From assembly GCA_951406725.2 (NCBI GenBank), contig OX597822.1, positions 113,398,001-113,462,000 of the forward strand: a stretch of 64,000 nucleotides of DNA, read 5' to 3'. Shown here piece after piece: positions 14,601 through 29,282 of this stretch. Numbering within the stretch: position 1 is the first letter of the stretch; each line of letters starts with the position of its first letter. Source of the DNA: Octopus vulgaris (taxonomy: Eukaryota). The translations under genes and the position numbers were made by a program. The notes under the pieces were generated by a model. It was not told the DNA's origin and made no database searches. It saw only the letters and a program-made list of their open reading frames with translations.

Positions 14601-15323
14601 AATTATATACTAAACTAGGCGATGGTCCGAAGTAACTATAAACCAGCTTAGTAAATCGAGCATAGTGAAAGACAATGTAAGCAGGCTGTTATCTTTCTTA
14701 GTCAGATGCATCAATCTGAGTACAGAAGAAATTAGTTGTTGACAACCTCAGCAGGTGGCGCAGTCATCAGTGTCAAGGAAAAGCAAACAACAGCTGACGG
14801 AATAGACGAACTTACACGGGAGAATGGAACAAAAACGAAAAGAGAAAGTAAAAATTTTAGAACAGGAAGGAAAATACAAAAAAAAAAAAGAAGATATTTA
14901 CACTTACATAAATAGATTTACACACACACTCAGACACATACACACAAATACAAACAAACAAAGATATACGGAGACATACACATTTATGGGTTTGAATGTA
15001 TTTGAGCGTATGTTTTCATGTATGCGTGTGACTTCATGTGTGTGCGTGTAAGTACATGTAACAAATAGATCGTTAGATATACAGAAAATGCGACAAAGAC
15101 TGAGTGGTAGCGGTGAGGGAACTGAATGAACGAACCACATATTACTTGAATAATAAAATGGGAAATTGGTGACTAACTTTATGTAAGCAACTAAATAAAT
15201 GAGTAAACGAAGTAACCGAATAAATTGAATGTGGCTGGAGGGGAAGTAGAAAACACCTAGCGTCATTTAGGAAAGATTTACAGTTCGATTCCTGGAGATG
15301 CTATTGCAAATTCTTCTGTTTTC

Positions 15324-15403
<80 letters not shown>

Positions 15404-15462
15404 GTATGTGTGTGTACGTGTACATGTATATACATATAATATATATATAATAATAATAATAA

Positions 15463-15500
<38 letters not shown>

Positions 15501-15540
15501 GTATATATATGCATATATGTATATATACATATTTAAAAAA

Positions 15541-15855
15541 AGGAGCACTCCGTCGGTTACGACGACGAGGGTACCACCTGATACGGTCAACGGAACAGCC
15601 TGCTCATGAAATTAACGTGCAAGTTGTTGAGCATTCCACAAGCACGTGTACCCTTAACGCAGTTCTCAGGGATATTCAGCGTGACACAGTGTTTGACAAG
15701 GCTGGCCCTTTGAAATACAGGTACAACTCATTTTTGCCAGCTGAGTGGACTGAAGTAACGTAAAATAAAGTGTCTTGCTCAAGGACACAACGCGTCGCCG
15801 GGAATTGACCTTACGCTCGCGAGCCGAATACCCTATCCACTAACCCACGCGCCTT
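15541..15855 (-). mobile_element. tRNA-derived SINE family C1 (CORE-like middle; 3' half shared with 58503-58879)
   Basis: Minus strand has tRNA-like head, TGTGTCCTTGAGCAAGACACTT, then TTGTACCTGTATTTCAAAGGGCC...GTCGTCGTAACCGACGGAGTG. Confidence 0.85.
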
Positions 15856-15865
15856 CACTTATATA

Positions 15866-16813
<948 letters not shown>

Positions 16814-16822
16814 ATATATATA

Positions 16823-17144
<322 letters not shown>

Positions 17145-17169
17145 ATGAGAAATGGAAATATCCAGAAAT

Positions 17170-17713
17170 AATAAAATTCTCTTTGTTATAACTCATAACC
17201 TGTAACCCATAGACAGAGAAAATATACCACTCTTTGCAGACTCATCAACTACGATTAATCAATAAGAAAATAACCATAGTTCAAAATTTAAAAAAAAAAA
17301 AACAGATGAAAAATTTAAAACGGTTCTTGACCTGGGCAAAATTTTACCAGAATGAGAGTAGAAAAAGATTGAGTAGATTTATGCAATAACAGTCAATATA
17401 TTCGTACGAGTGGTGAACTACAGACGAAATCCAGCACCACGCTATGACATGTAGCAGCAAGAATCTTACAAAAACTGCTGCATGCAACAACTGCAAAAAT
17501 ATTTACATTAGAGAAAACGGAAGCGCATTTATTGAGAGGGTGCGGGTTCACGGTCAAAGCATAAGGCAACCGCAATACAGAAGGACTCCATTTAGCGAAG
17601 ATCTGGATAACTACAGACAAGGGAATTTTAAAATATTTCTTATTTTTAAAATGTGCACAGAGTGTGGAATTACAAGGTCCATTAAAGGGAAAGGTTTTAT
17701 GGAAAAAATATAA
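17170..17713 (+). mobile_element. Penelope-like element remnant (linker plus GIY-YIG)
   Basis: ILFVITHN; KQMKNLKRFLTWAKF; MTCSSKNL..ACNNCKNIYIRENG...RVRVHGQSIRQPQYRRTPFSE. Confidence 0.8.
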
Positions 17714-18107
17714 ACCAAAGTTAAATGGAAATTAATATTATCAAGCTTCATGTCAATATTATTTAATTTGTCTTCCTTCATGAATGTTGCAACATTACTC
17801 CCACTCGTTAATGATGGCATTAAGCTTAGGGCGTTACATAGTGATGCTCTTAAATGCTTGCAATGCTTTTCGAATTTGAAAGCTGGACGCTACAAGAATT
17901 CACTGGTTGCAGTAATAATAACATTTTCATTGATATTGTAACATGTTTCACTCAATTGTTACTATATGAAGTTACTAATAAATTGTGAATACATATTTTA
18001 AGTCTTAATATCTTAGCATTTTTAATGTGTGTGCTTGTGTGTGTATGTATACGCATACATACACACATAAACACATACACACAAATTCATATATACATAT
18101 ATATATA

Positions 18108-18685
18108 TAAGTTCAGCAAAATTTAGATTCAGATGAATATGATACTTAAGTTAAAGGCACCAGAATTTTTTACGGTATTTTCCATATAAATCAAATGGGG
18201 TGCCTTACTATGTAAGGGATGTCCTTTAGGGAAAATTCTATATTAACCTTTTCCATTCCGTTGAAAAAATTAAGTACCAGAAAGTATACACAATGTATGA
18301 TATTATAAGTTCAGCAAAATTTAGATTCAGATGAATATGGTACTTAAGTTAAAGGCACCAGAATTTGATATGGTATTATCCATATAAATCAAATGGGGTG
18401 CCTTACAATGTAAGGGGATGTCCTTTAGTGAAAATTCTATATTAACCTTTTCCATCCCGTTAATGATGAAATTAACCTCTCTGTCTATATATCTACCCTA
18501 TTTGTAATGTTGGCAAAAGAAATAAGTATAAAAATGTACATTGTCTATTTAATTAAATAAAATTCTATATGTGGCTGAAGATTGCTCTACATTTTAAAAC
18601 TGATGTAATACTTACAGTGTTTAATAAAATGAAGTAGAATTAAACGATTGTACTACACTAACTTGGATATCCTTGTTGCTTATTT

Positions 18686-18690
<5 letters not shown>
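18108..18690. mobile_element. TA-embedded non-coding element with ~155-bp internal direct duplication, related to 30862-31150
   Basis: 18108-18262 is repeated at 18307-18461; both ends match parts of 30957-31150 in opposite orientations. Confidence 0.75.
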
Positions 18691-18719
<29 letters not shown>

Positions 18720-18721
<2 letters not shown>

Positions 18722-18875
18722 GGCGGGCTTCTTTCAATCTCCGTCTTCCAAATCCACTCAAAAGAGTTTGGTTGGCCCGAAGATATTGTAGAAGACACTT
18801 GACCAAGGTGTCACACAGCGGGACTGAACCCGGAACCATGAGGTTGAGAAGCAAGCTTCTTACCATACACCCACT
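18720..18875 (-). mobile_element. SINE family A, 5' half
   Basis: GGGACTGAACCCGGAACCATG head motif. Confidence 0.85.
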
Positions 18876-18889
18876 CATATATATGGTGA

Positions 18890-19800
18890 AGCTAAGGTAT
18901 CTTCTACAACCGTGAGAAGACTCATTGCTGCTGGTTTGAATAGCCGCGCGCTGTCAGAAAGCGACTGCTTTGACTTGTAAATAAATGTGACTCATATGGG
19001 CCAGAATACCCAAACCTGGACCGTTGATCAATGGAAACGAATCCATCCTCTGTGCTGATGAATCGAAGTTTGAAATCATCAGATCCCACCGTAGAGTTTA
19101 TGTGAAGTGAAGAATTGGTGAACGGATGACTCCTGAGTGTGTAGTTCCAACTGTAAAGCATGGTGGGGGAAGTATGATGATCTGGGGAGTTTTGCAGGCA
19201 ATAGTGTTGGTGATATTCATCAAGTAACAGGAATATTCAACCCAAAAAAAGTATCACTCTATCCTCCAGCGTCATGCCATTCCGTTTGGGACGAGACTGA
19301 TCGATAATAATTTCATGCTGACGCAAGATGACGATCCTAAACATACTTCTAAGTTATGCAAAACTATTTACAGAAGACAATGGATGAAAAAAAACCTGAG
19401 TGTTATGGAATGGCCAGCCCAATCCCTCGATTGCAATCCCATCGAAATTATATTGAATGAATTGGATCTTAGAATCAAAAAGTGAAAACCAAGAAATGCA
19501 GAAACCCTATGGACACTCTTACAAGTGGAGTTACAAAATGTTACTAGCGAATATTCGCTTTCATTAGTTGAAAAAATGTCCAATGTGTGCTCAGCAGCGA
19601 AAAAAGCCAAGGGTGGACATTTCGATGAATCTAACATTTAGAGTTTTTCTCTGATTTTTCCTAGTTTTCTTTTAGTTGCTGAGCTAATTATGTCATTCCA
19701 TGAATGTAACTATACATGAATAAAATGTTTCACCAGAATTTCTCAGTTATTTCCATTTTGTACATGTTTTTTAAAATATGTTTCGATGATCTTGAACTTT
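18890..19800 (+). mobile_element. Tc1-family (DD34E) transposon remnant
   Basis: WTVDQWKR..ADESKF; PTVKHGGGSMMIWG; QDDDPKHTSK; EWPAQSLDCNPIE; KAKGGHF; frameshifted. Confidence 0.92.
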
Positions 19801-19809
19801 TGGATATTA

Positions 19810-19844
<35 letters not shown>

Positions 19845-19852
19845 TACATGCA

Positions 19853-19914
<62 letters not shown>

Positions 19915-19995
19915 TTGACACTAACTCTGCTGCTACTCTGACCAGTTTTCAAAGGCCCTTTCAAATTACATGACCGTATACACAAACAAGACATA

Positions 19996-20820
19996 CGAAG
20001 TGGTATCAAAAGGCCCTCGAACTTGTTATGTTTAATAAAAAAAAAAGGATAACTCATTTACCTAATTGTTAACATCATCTCCTTCGAAATAGTCACCTTG
20101 CGATGCAATACACCGTTCACAGCGTGGAAGTCGTTTTCCATAAGCAGGTTGAGGACCTTCAGCGATTCGCTCTGGAACCCGACAACGGTGTTAAAACGGC
20201 GAGCCTTGAGCTGCATTTTCATCTAGGAGAAGAGATGGAAGTCCGTGGGTTCTAAATCTGGCGAATAGGGCGAGTGAGGAAGCGATATCATGTTGTTTTT
20301 GGTAAGAAACTCGCAAGTGAGGAGAGCTCGGTGACAAGGTGCATTGTGGTCGTGAGGAATCAATTTCTTCTCTGTCCACAGATCCGGTCGCTTTCGCAGA
20401 ATGTCCTCCCACAAACGCTTCATAGTGACGCTCGTGCCTGGTGTTCCAGATCATTCATCTTATTCCAGGGACATTCTTCTGATTTTGGGGCGCCCCTACC
20501 ACTAGAAACATTGCGTACGATCCATTGCTTCGTAGCGGTAAGCTTGCCGAAGCATGCTCAATATCTCTGTAGCACAGTTCTCAAGTTTAACGCAAAATCT
20601 CACGTTGGCTCTTCGTTCCTGTCCATGACAAAATCGCGGACGACAGCATACACGTGATCACAAAAACACAAATTTCACGACTTGCGAAGTAAACATAAAG
20701 ATGTCATTCGATACACAGTCTCATGAAGTTCGCTGCTAGCTCTCTCTGCGCACGCTTCCGTGTACTGCCATCTGCTGGAGCGCTACAAAACTAGTCCGGT
20801 AACATTTTGATACCACATTG
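19996..20820 (-). mobile_element. mariner transposon, internally deleted, with TIRs and TA flanks
   Basis: HDHNAPCH...HSPYSPDLEPTDFHLF; termini TA-CGAAGTGGTATCAAAA and TTTTGATACCACATTG-TA. Confidence 0.9.
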
Positions 20821-20969
20821 TATGTACAACCAGTCAGTTCATGGTCATTTCTGATAAATCACAATATTACAGAATCTTACTACCAACTAAACACAACCTA
20901 AAATCTTCTTCATAATCCTATCAACCACTTGTCTTCCTTTTAAAACTATAACATTAATGGCAAATACGT

Positions 20970-21028
20970 GTGTGTCCAGTTCTGTGTGTCCAGTTCTGTG
21001 TGTCCAGTTCTGTGTGCCCAGTTCTGTG
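20970..21028. repeat. 14-bp tandem repeat (GTGTGTCCAGTTCT)x4
   Basis: Four adjacent units with no spacers. Confidence 0.95.
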
Positions 21029-21098
21029 CTTAATGATTTCTGCACTAACACAATAACCTTAACTTTAAGTTAACACCTCTAATACGAAACAGGTTGTT

Positions 21099-21320
21099 CG
21101 GGGGTGGGGCGGAAATGTTCCTGGTTTTGGGTAAAAGAAAATACAGGATGATCAGTTAGTTATGATTTTATTCAACATATTCCTCTTTCAAATTCACACA
21201 CGTATTGCAGTGGTCCTTCAGTTTTTCTAAGCCCTATAAAAAAAAATTCGGAAGGCTGGGCCTCCAACCAGGCCTTTTGCGACACCCTAAAAGACAAGAA
21301 CTTCTCAGCAGCCCCTTGTA
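21099..21320 (-). mobile_element. mariner-derived MITE
   Basis: Inverted relative of 22746-22980; TIR-like GAACTT.TCAGCA.CCCCT.GTA. Confidence 0.75.
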
Positions 21321-21589
21321 TACGTGGCTGAAAAACAAATCCGCGTGTTATATACTATTCTTTGATTCCTTTATTTTAGGAATTATGTTATATTTGCTTT
21401 TAATACTAGCCAAATAGATAAACAGAATGCCTTAAACCCAAAAGGGTCAACATCGAATTGGTTAACGTCCTTTCTCTTGGTTAGCCAAATATTCCCAAAT
21501 GCAAGATTGCATCCTACTCACATACGCGCATGCGCATTCACACACACGCGCGCATCAGCGTGTTTGCATCAACAGTATCACTTATAATA

Positions 21590-21803
21590 GGCGGCGAGGT
21601 GGCAGAATCGTTAGCACACCGGGCGAAATGCTTAGCAGTATTTCGTCTGCGGTTACATTCTGAGTTCAAATTCCGCCGAGGTCGACTTTGCCTTTCATCC
21701 TTTCGGGGTCGATTAAATAAGTACCAGTTACGCACTGGAGTCGATATAATCGACTTAATCCGTTTGTCCTTCTGTGGCCCTTTGTGGGTAGTAAAAGAAA
21801 TAG
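21590..21803 (+). mobile_element. SINE family B
   Basis: Head, core and tail present. Confidence 0.9.
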
Positions 21804-22745
21804 TATCACTTGTAATAGTTCATATCATCCTTGTTTTACCTCTTCTCCTCGCGCTACCATTTCTTCGATTATTTGCACCATCGTAATATCTAAAAGTTTA
21901 TCCGAAGACAATGTATCTAACGGCATACACTTGGTGCTGCTTGTTGGGAGCCCTTTTTAGAGTAGTAAAACTTCCTGCGCAACTCATTACTTGGCACGTT
22001 GACGTTTACAAGAAGAGTTAAAAGACAGCTGATAGACCCGTGTTTATTTATTTTGTAATCGTATCTTGTTGCTGCTGGAGAAAAAATAACATTAATGCTT
22101 AATTGATCCGAGTGAATATATTTTGTTGACATTAGCCTAATGGCTGGCCAAACACAGCTGCCAGTCTTGCGCAACCACTTCGGTTTACGCCGTTCGAAAA
22201 GCACACCTGAACTAAAGCCTTTTACTGGATTCCTAAATTTGTTAGCCTATTACTTTTCTAATGTCTTATTGCGTTGAGAATTTTCCAGATATTTACGCAA
22301 AACTACAGATTTCCTCAAGTTGATATTGATTTCACACACACACATAAACACAGTCGCATACACATGCACACACTCACACAGACGAAGGCACATATTTCGA
22401 ATCGCAATCTTATCGAATTTAATCGACCCAGTGTTTCATTATCGATCTTCAGATAAATAAAAGACCAATTGCCAACGAATTTGCTAGGATTTGCCTTGGC
22501 CAACACAATGCCTTCTACTCTAATTAATAAGGTAGTAGTTTTTACTCCATAGTATTTAAACCCTCCAATTGGCAGTTTTTTTAATTAATTATTTTCCAAG
22601 ATTGTTTTGCGGTTTTGAATTGTTACTTCTAACCACACATCACTTGATCTTATTAATACTTTCATTATACACAGACTCCAGTTCAATGCCGAGAATACTT
22701 CAATACATATCATTTAAATCCTCGAGTAATTGTTAAACGTATATA

Positions 22746-22980
22746 TGAGAGGGTACTGAAGAGTTCCTGGCTTTAAGGGTGTCGCGAAAGGACTTGTTGG
22801 AAGCACAACCTTCTGACTTCTTTTACAGGGCTTAGAAAAACTGAAGGACTGCTGCAATAAGAGTGTGAATTTGAGAGGGAAATATTTTGAATAAAATTAT
22901 CCTCCTGTATTTTCTTTTACCCATTACAAATGATACCTATTTCTTTATTACCCACAGGAACTTTTCAGCACCCCCTCGTA
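22746..22980 (+). mobile_element. mariner-derived MITE
   Basis: TIRs GAGGGTACTGAAGAGTTCCTG / CAGGAACTTTTCAGCACCCCCTCGTA; retains transposase end (VNLRGKYFE*). Confidence 0.8.
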
Positions 22981-23047
22981 AGAGCTAAACATACTTACTA
23001 TAATCAGTTAATCAGATTATCGCTGTGCTTAAAGCAGTATCTTCTCA

Positions 23048-23280
23048 GGCAGCGAACTGGCAGAAACGTTAGCACGCCGGGCGAAATGCTTAGCGGTATT
23101 TCGTCTGTCGCTATGTTCTGAGTTCAAATTCCGCCGAGGTCGGCTTTACCTTTCATCCTTTCGGGGTCGATAAATTAAGTACCAGTTACGCACTGGGGTC
23201 GATGTAATCGACTTAATCCGTTTGTCTGTCCTTGTTTGTCTCCTCTGTGTTTTACCCCTTGTGGGTAGTACAGAAATAAG
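23048..23280 (+). mobile_element. SINE family B
   Basis: Full copy. Confidence 0.92.
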
Positions 23281-24669
23281 TATATTCTCTGATTGGCAGC
23301 TTTTTATCAATACATTTTGTCTCCAATTTAGCATGCATGACTTATTCGGTCACAGCTTACTTTACGTGATTTATTTGCGAATAATATGAATTCTGCTGAA
23401 TTGACGAATTGTTAATACCACATCACCTCAGAAAGTTATACTTAGATGAGATTTTAAAACCATTCATTGAACAAAGATCGATATAATTTGTTTGTTTTTC
23501 TTTTTTGGTTCTTTGTCCCCTTTTAATGACATTGTCTCGAAGAAAGAACACCATTGCCGTCACAAGATCTCCGAGGCCGGAGAGACCGATATGTTATGAT
23601 GAGCGTTTCAAATTTGAACGTAGTTTTAATGTTTCTGTCGTTTCCACTATCACAAGCAATTATCGTTATCACAAAGGTCATATAATTAGTTAACGTTATA
23701 TTCATATTGACACTGTTATATGGATCAATAATCCATCATTGCCAATCTATTAAAAAGTAAATACTCATAGCACTAGACAGCAGGAAGAAGCTCTTAATGA
23801 CTGGAAGCCGAGAAGCCTGTTGTCTAAGCAGTAACCCCCACCCGATCCATTTCCGCCCACAGCTGCCATTCAGCGTAGGAAGGAAGCAAATTCAGTACAG
23901 CACTACATCCGTTCTTCTTCGTTCTTTATAGCTTGTCTGTTTATCTTTGACCGCCATTTCAAACTAAATTCTGTCGTTATATGATGAAAAGGCTTCGCTG
24001 ATCAGCTATAGTCAGTGATGTTAAGTAGAGTTCAATTACTGCCAAATAAGGGTCAAAGGTTGCTAGGGGTCAGAAAGAAGTGATAGAGCAAGATTCCAAA
24101 GAACTTTCATGTCTGGACTAAGTGATCTCGTGATTTTTTTTATTGTTGTTATTTGTATATGTTTTGGGGTTTGTTTACATTTTTACATTCTTCGTTTCTA
24201 ACAATTGTGAATTGCTTCAAATAATCTAAGAGTTAGTAACAATTAATTAAAAATAAATATGCCACCTGCTCCTCCTATTCACTTTATCGTATATACACCT
24301 TCACTAGAAATTAAAATTTTGTAAGAGTGTTTTAAATTCTTTCCATGCAAATATCTGAAAACAGCTGTAAATGAAAATATATTCCTAAGCTAATTAAGTA
24401 TAGTTTGACGTGCGATTCCTCTGTAACAAAATTCTGGGCCGATTTGTGACGTAAGAAAACTCTCTCGGCTATAAAAGTAAGTGCAGAAAATAGTAGATCG
24501 ACTTTCTATATACAGTCTTACAGAAATATCATTCAGAAATCAATACTAATTCAGAAATCGATTTCAGATGGTCTGTCCGACATTCTATATCTGTACAGCA
24601 CACTGAGCAACAGTATAGAATATTTCGTATGATTATACACACGATAATCTTAAACAGTCTGAATTCCGA

Positions 24670-25035
24670 CCGAAACATTAGCGCGCCGGGCGAAATGCGT
24701 AGCCGTATTTCGTCTGTCGTTACGTTGTGAGTTCAAATTCCGCCGAGGACGACTTTGCTTTTCATCCTTTCGGGGTCGATAAATTAAGTACCAGTTACGC
24801 ACTGGGGTCGATGTAATCGACTTAATACCTATGTCTGTCCTTGTTTGTCCCCTCTATGTTTAGCCCCTCGTGGGTAATAAAGAAATAGGTATTTTTTCTG
24901 TCGTTACGTTCTGAGTTCAAATTCCGCCGAGGTCGACTTTGCTTTTCATCCTTTCGGGGTCGATAAATTAAATACCAGTTATGTCTGTCCTTGTTTGTCC
25001 CCTCTATGTTTAGCCCCTTGTGGGTAATAAAGAAA
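24670..25035 (+). mobile_element. SINE family B tandem dimer
   Basis: Second unit begins after AAAGAAATAGGTATT. Confidence 0.9.
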
Positions 25036-25594
25036 TATATAAACAAACACCAGTATCACTAATAACTTTTAACTACTCAACGTAGTAGTCTTTACGTGGT
25101 CGCACAACTTGCCTGAAATAACAGCGGAATTTTTCTCACTTCAACCCCACATTGTAGAAAGGGATGGACACATAGCGCACGGCAGTCGTACCTGGTATAT
25201 TAAAATACGGAATAGTTGGGTATGAATAGTCTTTGCTCGATCAAAGTTGTTCTGGGATAAAACGACAATCACTTTTAATGTTCTAAGTAGATTTTGTTAT
25301 TGTTTGTTAGCCTAGGTCAACCTTGATCGAGCACATATATGATGAAAAATGTTCCAGCTGTGGCCATCCCATCTGTTTGTAGGTATAGTCTATCATGAAC
25401 TACATTGTCCAATATGTCTTTCCGTTTTAAGACGTTATAGGGAGACATGACATCTATTTCTAGCGGTAAGAGAGGCTCCGTTACTGGTTAAATTTCTTAT
25501 TGGTATCCACCAACGCTGACCTCTACTTCGGTTTTTACTTGTTGTTGATAGAAAAACAAACATTGTCAGAGTTTTACAAGAGCAGCAATAACAT

Positions 25595-25808
25595 TGCGGT
25601 CGGAAGATCGCGGTTTCGATTCCCAGACCGGGCGTTGTGTGTGTTTATTGAGCGAAAACACCTAAAGCTCCACGAGGCTCCGGCAGGGGATGATGGCGAC
25701 CCCTGTAGTACTCTTTCGCCCCAACTTTCTCTCACTCTTTCTTCCTGCTTCTTGTCCCCGACTTCCTACGCAACCGCTGAGCCTGGATGCGCATTCATCC
25801 ATCCATCT
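25595..25808 (+). mobile_element. SINE family C-related fragment
   Basis: GATCGCGGTTTCGATTCCCAGACCGGGCG...CTCCGGCAGGGGATG shared with 58503-58690; different 3' part. Confidence 0.8.
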
Positions 25809-26741
25809 TTGGGTCTTACGAATAGCAATCTTGCGAGCTCTGGGACGAAGACAGTTCGCTCAACAGCAACAGCAGCAATAACAAGGTCAGTCAATATAGA
25901 CAACAGTAAAACTCAAAACAGAGAGAACATTTACGTAACCTCAAGTAAATAACTAGCAATCGACATGTTTTTCAGATGACAATCCGGCAATAATCTAGAT
26001 CACTTAACTTACTTGAAATAACAGAGAGAAAGGAGGCGGGGGGGAGGGGAAGAAAGTATAAAAACAGAAAACTTCGAGCGCATGCATCTGATATGATAGG
26101 TGATCACAACCATCATGACGATAGCCGAGACAGCTCCATTAATTTATAGTCTACAAAATAATTGACTGGAGAATACTGAGCCTGACTTACTGTAACCGAA
26201 ATATCAATTCATTTCAGCAGTGTCTCGATCAACAGAGAATACAGGACACAGTGACAATGTCTGGTAACATGTTCCAAACATCGTCACAATGTCAAACCTT
26301 AACAAATTACCACACATCAAAAAAACATTTAATAGTTATTTCCGGAGTGACCGTCCAGTGAGTGCTATATAATGTGATATTACAAGAATATATGCGACGA
26401 GCAAATACATATTCTGATGTTGATATTAGAATTCCTTGGACATAGAATTACTGTTTCCGCCTTCAATTTCTCTAAGATTTTACTTTTGTGGGGAGCTTGG
26501 GGGAGGGGGACGGTTCACGTATTATGCACAGAGAAGGAAGAACAGCACACGTGACAATTTTCAGAGACTCTGAAACTGCTGGAAGGATGATCGGAAGTTA
26601 TCCGGTAAAGGTACAAAATAGCCAGGTGATGGTGCTAAATTGGGAGACAGATTACATATACCACCTAAGAAAATAATCCCCCTCTCTCTCTCTCTTTTCT
26701 TCTCTCCATCATACACAAACACGTTCATATATATATATATT

Positions 26742-26980
<239 letters not shown>

Positions 26981-28139
26981 AGACCTATGTGCATGTATGC
27001 ATATATAATTGGGTAGGTTTGTAGTTAGTTAATGTATCATACGTATTGATACGCCTTTACTGGCTAACTTTTCTATCTTCGAACAGTTTGAAACTTTCTG
27101 AAAACTGTCACATGTGCACTTCTTCGTTTTCAGATATCAACATATGCATATATAGCAGTTCAGCTGATATCCTCATAAAATATATGCACACACACACACA
27201 CACACGCACGCAATTTTTATCCATCCTTAATATAATCGTATTCCCGACGCAGTCTACAGACTCGCCATAATACAGGCGTTGTACAGAGACATTACATCTC
27301 AGAATACTACTCGAAGTCCCCAGTTCATGGTCGGTTAATCTCGTTAATCTAACGAGCAAGATGGAGAAAAGACTTACAGGAAATATACCCTAATCAGACA
27401 GACCTTCCAGGACATGTGATTCAGAAAGGGGCGCAGTTAGTAACGCATTCTGATGGATGAAATGTCAACAGTAATTAATATCGGTAGCTGACGACGAATA
27501 CGAGCTACGTGTGTGTATGCGTCTGCGCATGTGCAGTTGTTTCTGTGTATTTATGCTTGCGTATGTAGATAGTATATTTTGGTGTGAGAGTATGAAAGTC
27601 TATGCATATATGCGTGTCTGTGTGTGTTTAAATGTGGTGCTTTATGTGTTTATCTCTCTATATGTCTGTCTTCACGTACACGATCGTTTCCTCCTTTAGC
27701 GTATGAGTACATATAAATATTTATAAACAAAATAGGGGAGAAATGTTATATTATAAGTGTGATGTGTTTCGTTGTGTACTGCTTCAGCATATATACAGTT
27801 TTACATATAAAAAGAGTTATTGGCAAATATACTAAAACATTAGAAATTTCATAGAGAAAAAGTATATGTGTTTTGGAGGTGATTTCGTAAATAAAGAATA
27901 CCGTTATTTATTTAGAACGAAGCTGAAGTATTTCATCAAAACAGCCTATTTACAATACTGTGACAATACCAAACACAGATTAAAAGGAAGAGGAAAAACA
28001 TATCTAATTCGTAGTCTGTAAGAAAAACTACTTCTAGAATATTCTTAAAGCGAGTTAGAAAGCGGTCACTAGTCTAAGATCGAAGAATATGGAAGTAGTA
28101 GAGAGGGGACAGCTACTAATATTAATTACTGCTGACTTT

Positions 28140-28840
28140 CACTGGACGATACCTCAACTTCAACTCCCACCATCAATACAGTGTAAAGAGAGGGATTGAT
28201 CACTGCCTAAAACATCGAGCAATGAATATAAGTAGCGATCGTGATACCCACCACGAAGAAATTATCAAGCTCAGTAACAAATCTATTAAGTAACAACTAC
28301 TCCAAAAGCATACTCTCCACTCCGATTATGAAGAAAATAGAAGATGAAACCGATAAACTGTCCACAGTCTGTCCTTCCTCTGTGAAATGCCTCTCCGAAA
28401 AGATACAAAAGATATGTGGCCCATATGACATCAGGACAGTATTCAAGAGTAATACAACACTTTGCAAATATCTCCTTCGAGTAAAACCACCAATAGAAGA
28501 GAATATGACCAAAGACTGTGTGTACTCCATCCCATGCAGCAGTGGTGGGTTATACAAAGGTGAAACATGCTGCCCGCTCAAAATAAGGGTAGAGGAACAT
28601 CGCAAAGCTGGGACACGGGGAGATATTGATAAATCACGTATAGCTGATCATGTATGGAAAAATTGAGACCACCTCACCCTGTGGGATGAAGCTAAAATAA
28701 TAGACAGAGAACACCACTGGAAAATACGAAATCTAAAAGAAGCAACACATATACTAGGGCGCAACAACCTCCGAAGCAGATTGAGTGCAAATATGAACAG
28801 CGTATGGGAACCGGTATTAAGGAAGGATAGAAAAATATTA
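28140..28840 (+). mobile_element. Penelope-like element 3' region (RT thumb plus GIY-YIG)
   Basis: YLNFNSHHQYSVKRGI; LSEKIQKIC..YDIRTVFKS; DCVYSIPCSSGGLYKGET..PLKIRVEEHRK; SRIADHVW; WDEAKIIDREHHWKIRNLKEA. Confidence 0.92.
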
Positions 28841-28873
28841 GATTTATAAGCCCTAAAATTCACTCCATAATTG

Positions 28874-28934
28874 CCCATGGGTATATGGCATAGTGGTTAA
28901 GAGCGCGGGCTCCTAACCCCAAGATACCGAGTTA

Positions 28935-29009
<75 letters not shown>

Positions 29010-29080
29010 CACCACCACCAACAACAACAACAACAGCATCGAAAAATACCTTAGGAATGAGAACCCAGGTTCGAAATTTC
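28874..29080 (+). other. tRNA-like head plus (AAT)n/(AAC)n segment directly 3' of the PLE ORF
   Basis: A-box TGGCATAGTGG, TTAAGAGCGCGGGC, truncated B-box, then trinucleotide run. Confidence 0.6.
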
Positions 29081-29099
29081 CGCCATTATAGATCGATAG

Positions 29100-29282
29100 C
29101 CACTACACAGGTTTTTTTCTCTCCTTGTTTCTTCCTTGTTTTTTCTGTGTCCCTTTCTGTAGAAGAGCGTAGGCTCGAAACGTAAAAGACTTTTTCTATT
29201 CCTTGAGCGTTATACTAATACATCTGTTTGTTTTGTACACCACCTGTCTTCGTCTTTTTTTTTTTTTTGTGAACTCTCCCTG
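29100..29282 (+). mobile_element. Hammerhead-like-bearing short repeat (family of 11113-11275)
   Basis: CTTT-CTGTAGA-AGAGCGTAGGCTC-GAAAC-GTA-AAAG at 29153-29188. Confidence 0.75.

Noticed and set aside
17808-17865. Hairpin 3' of a PLE ORF as a long-stem hammerhead
   Set aside because: The hairpin is present but both CUGANGA and GAAA are too degenerate to call
20970-21028. Short direct repeats as a possible CRISPR array
   Set aside because: No spacers, eukaryotic context and no cas genes
24049-24072. GGGTCAAAGGTT nuclear-receptor DR1-like site
   Set aside because: Imperfect short match expected by chance in 64 kb
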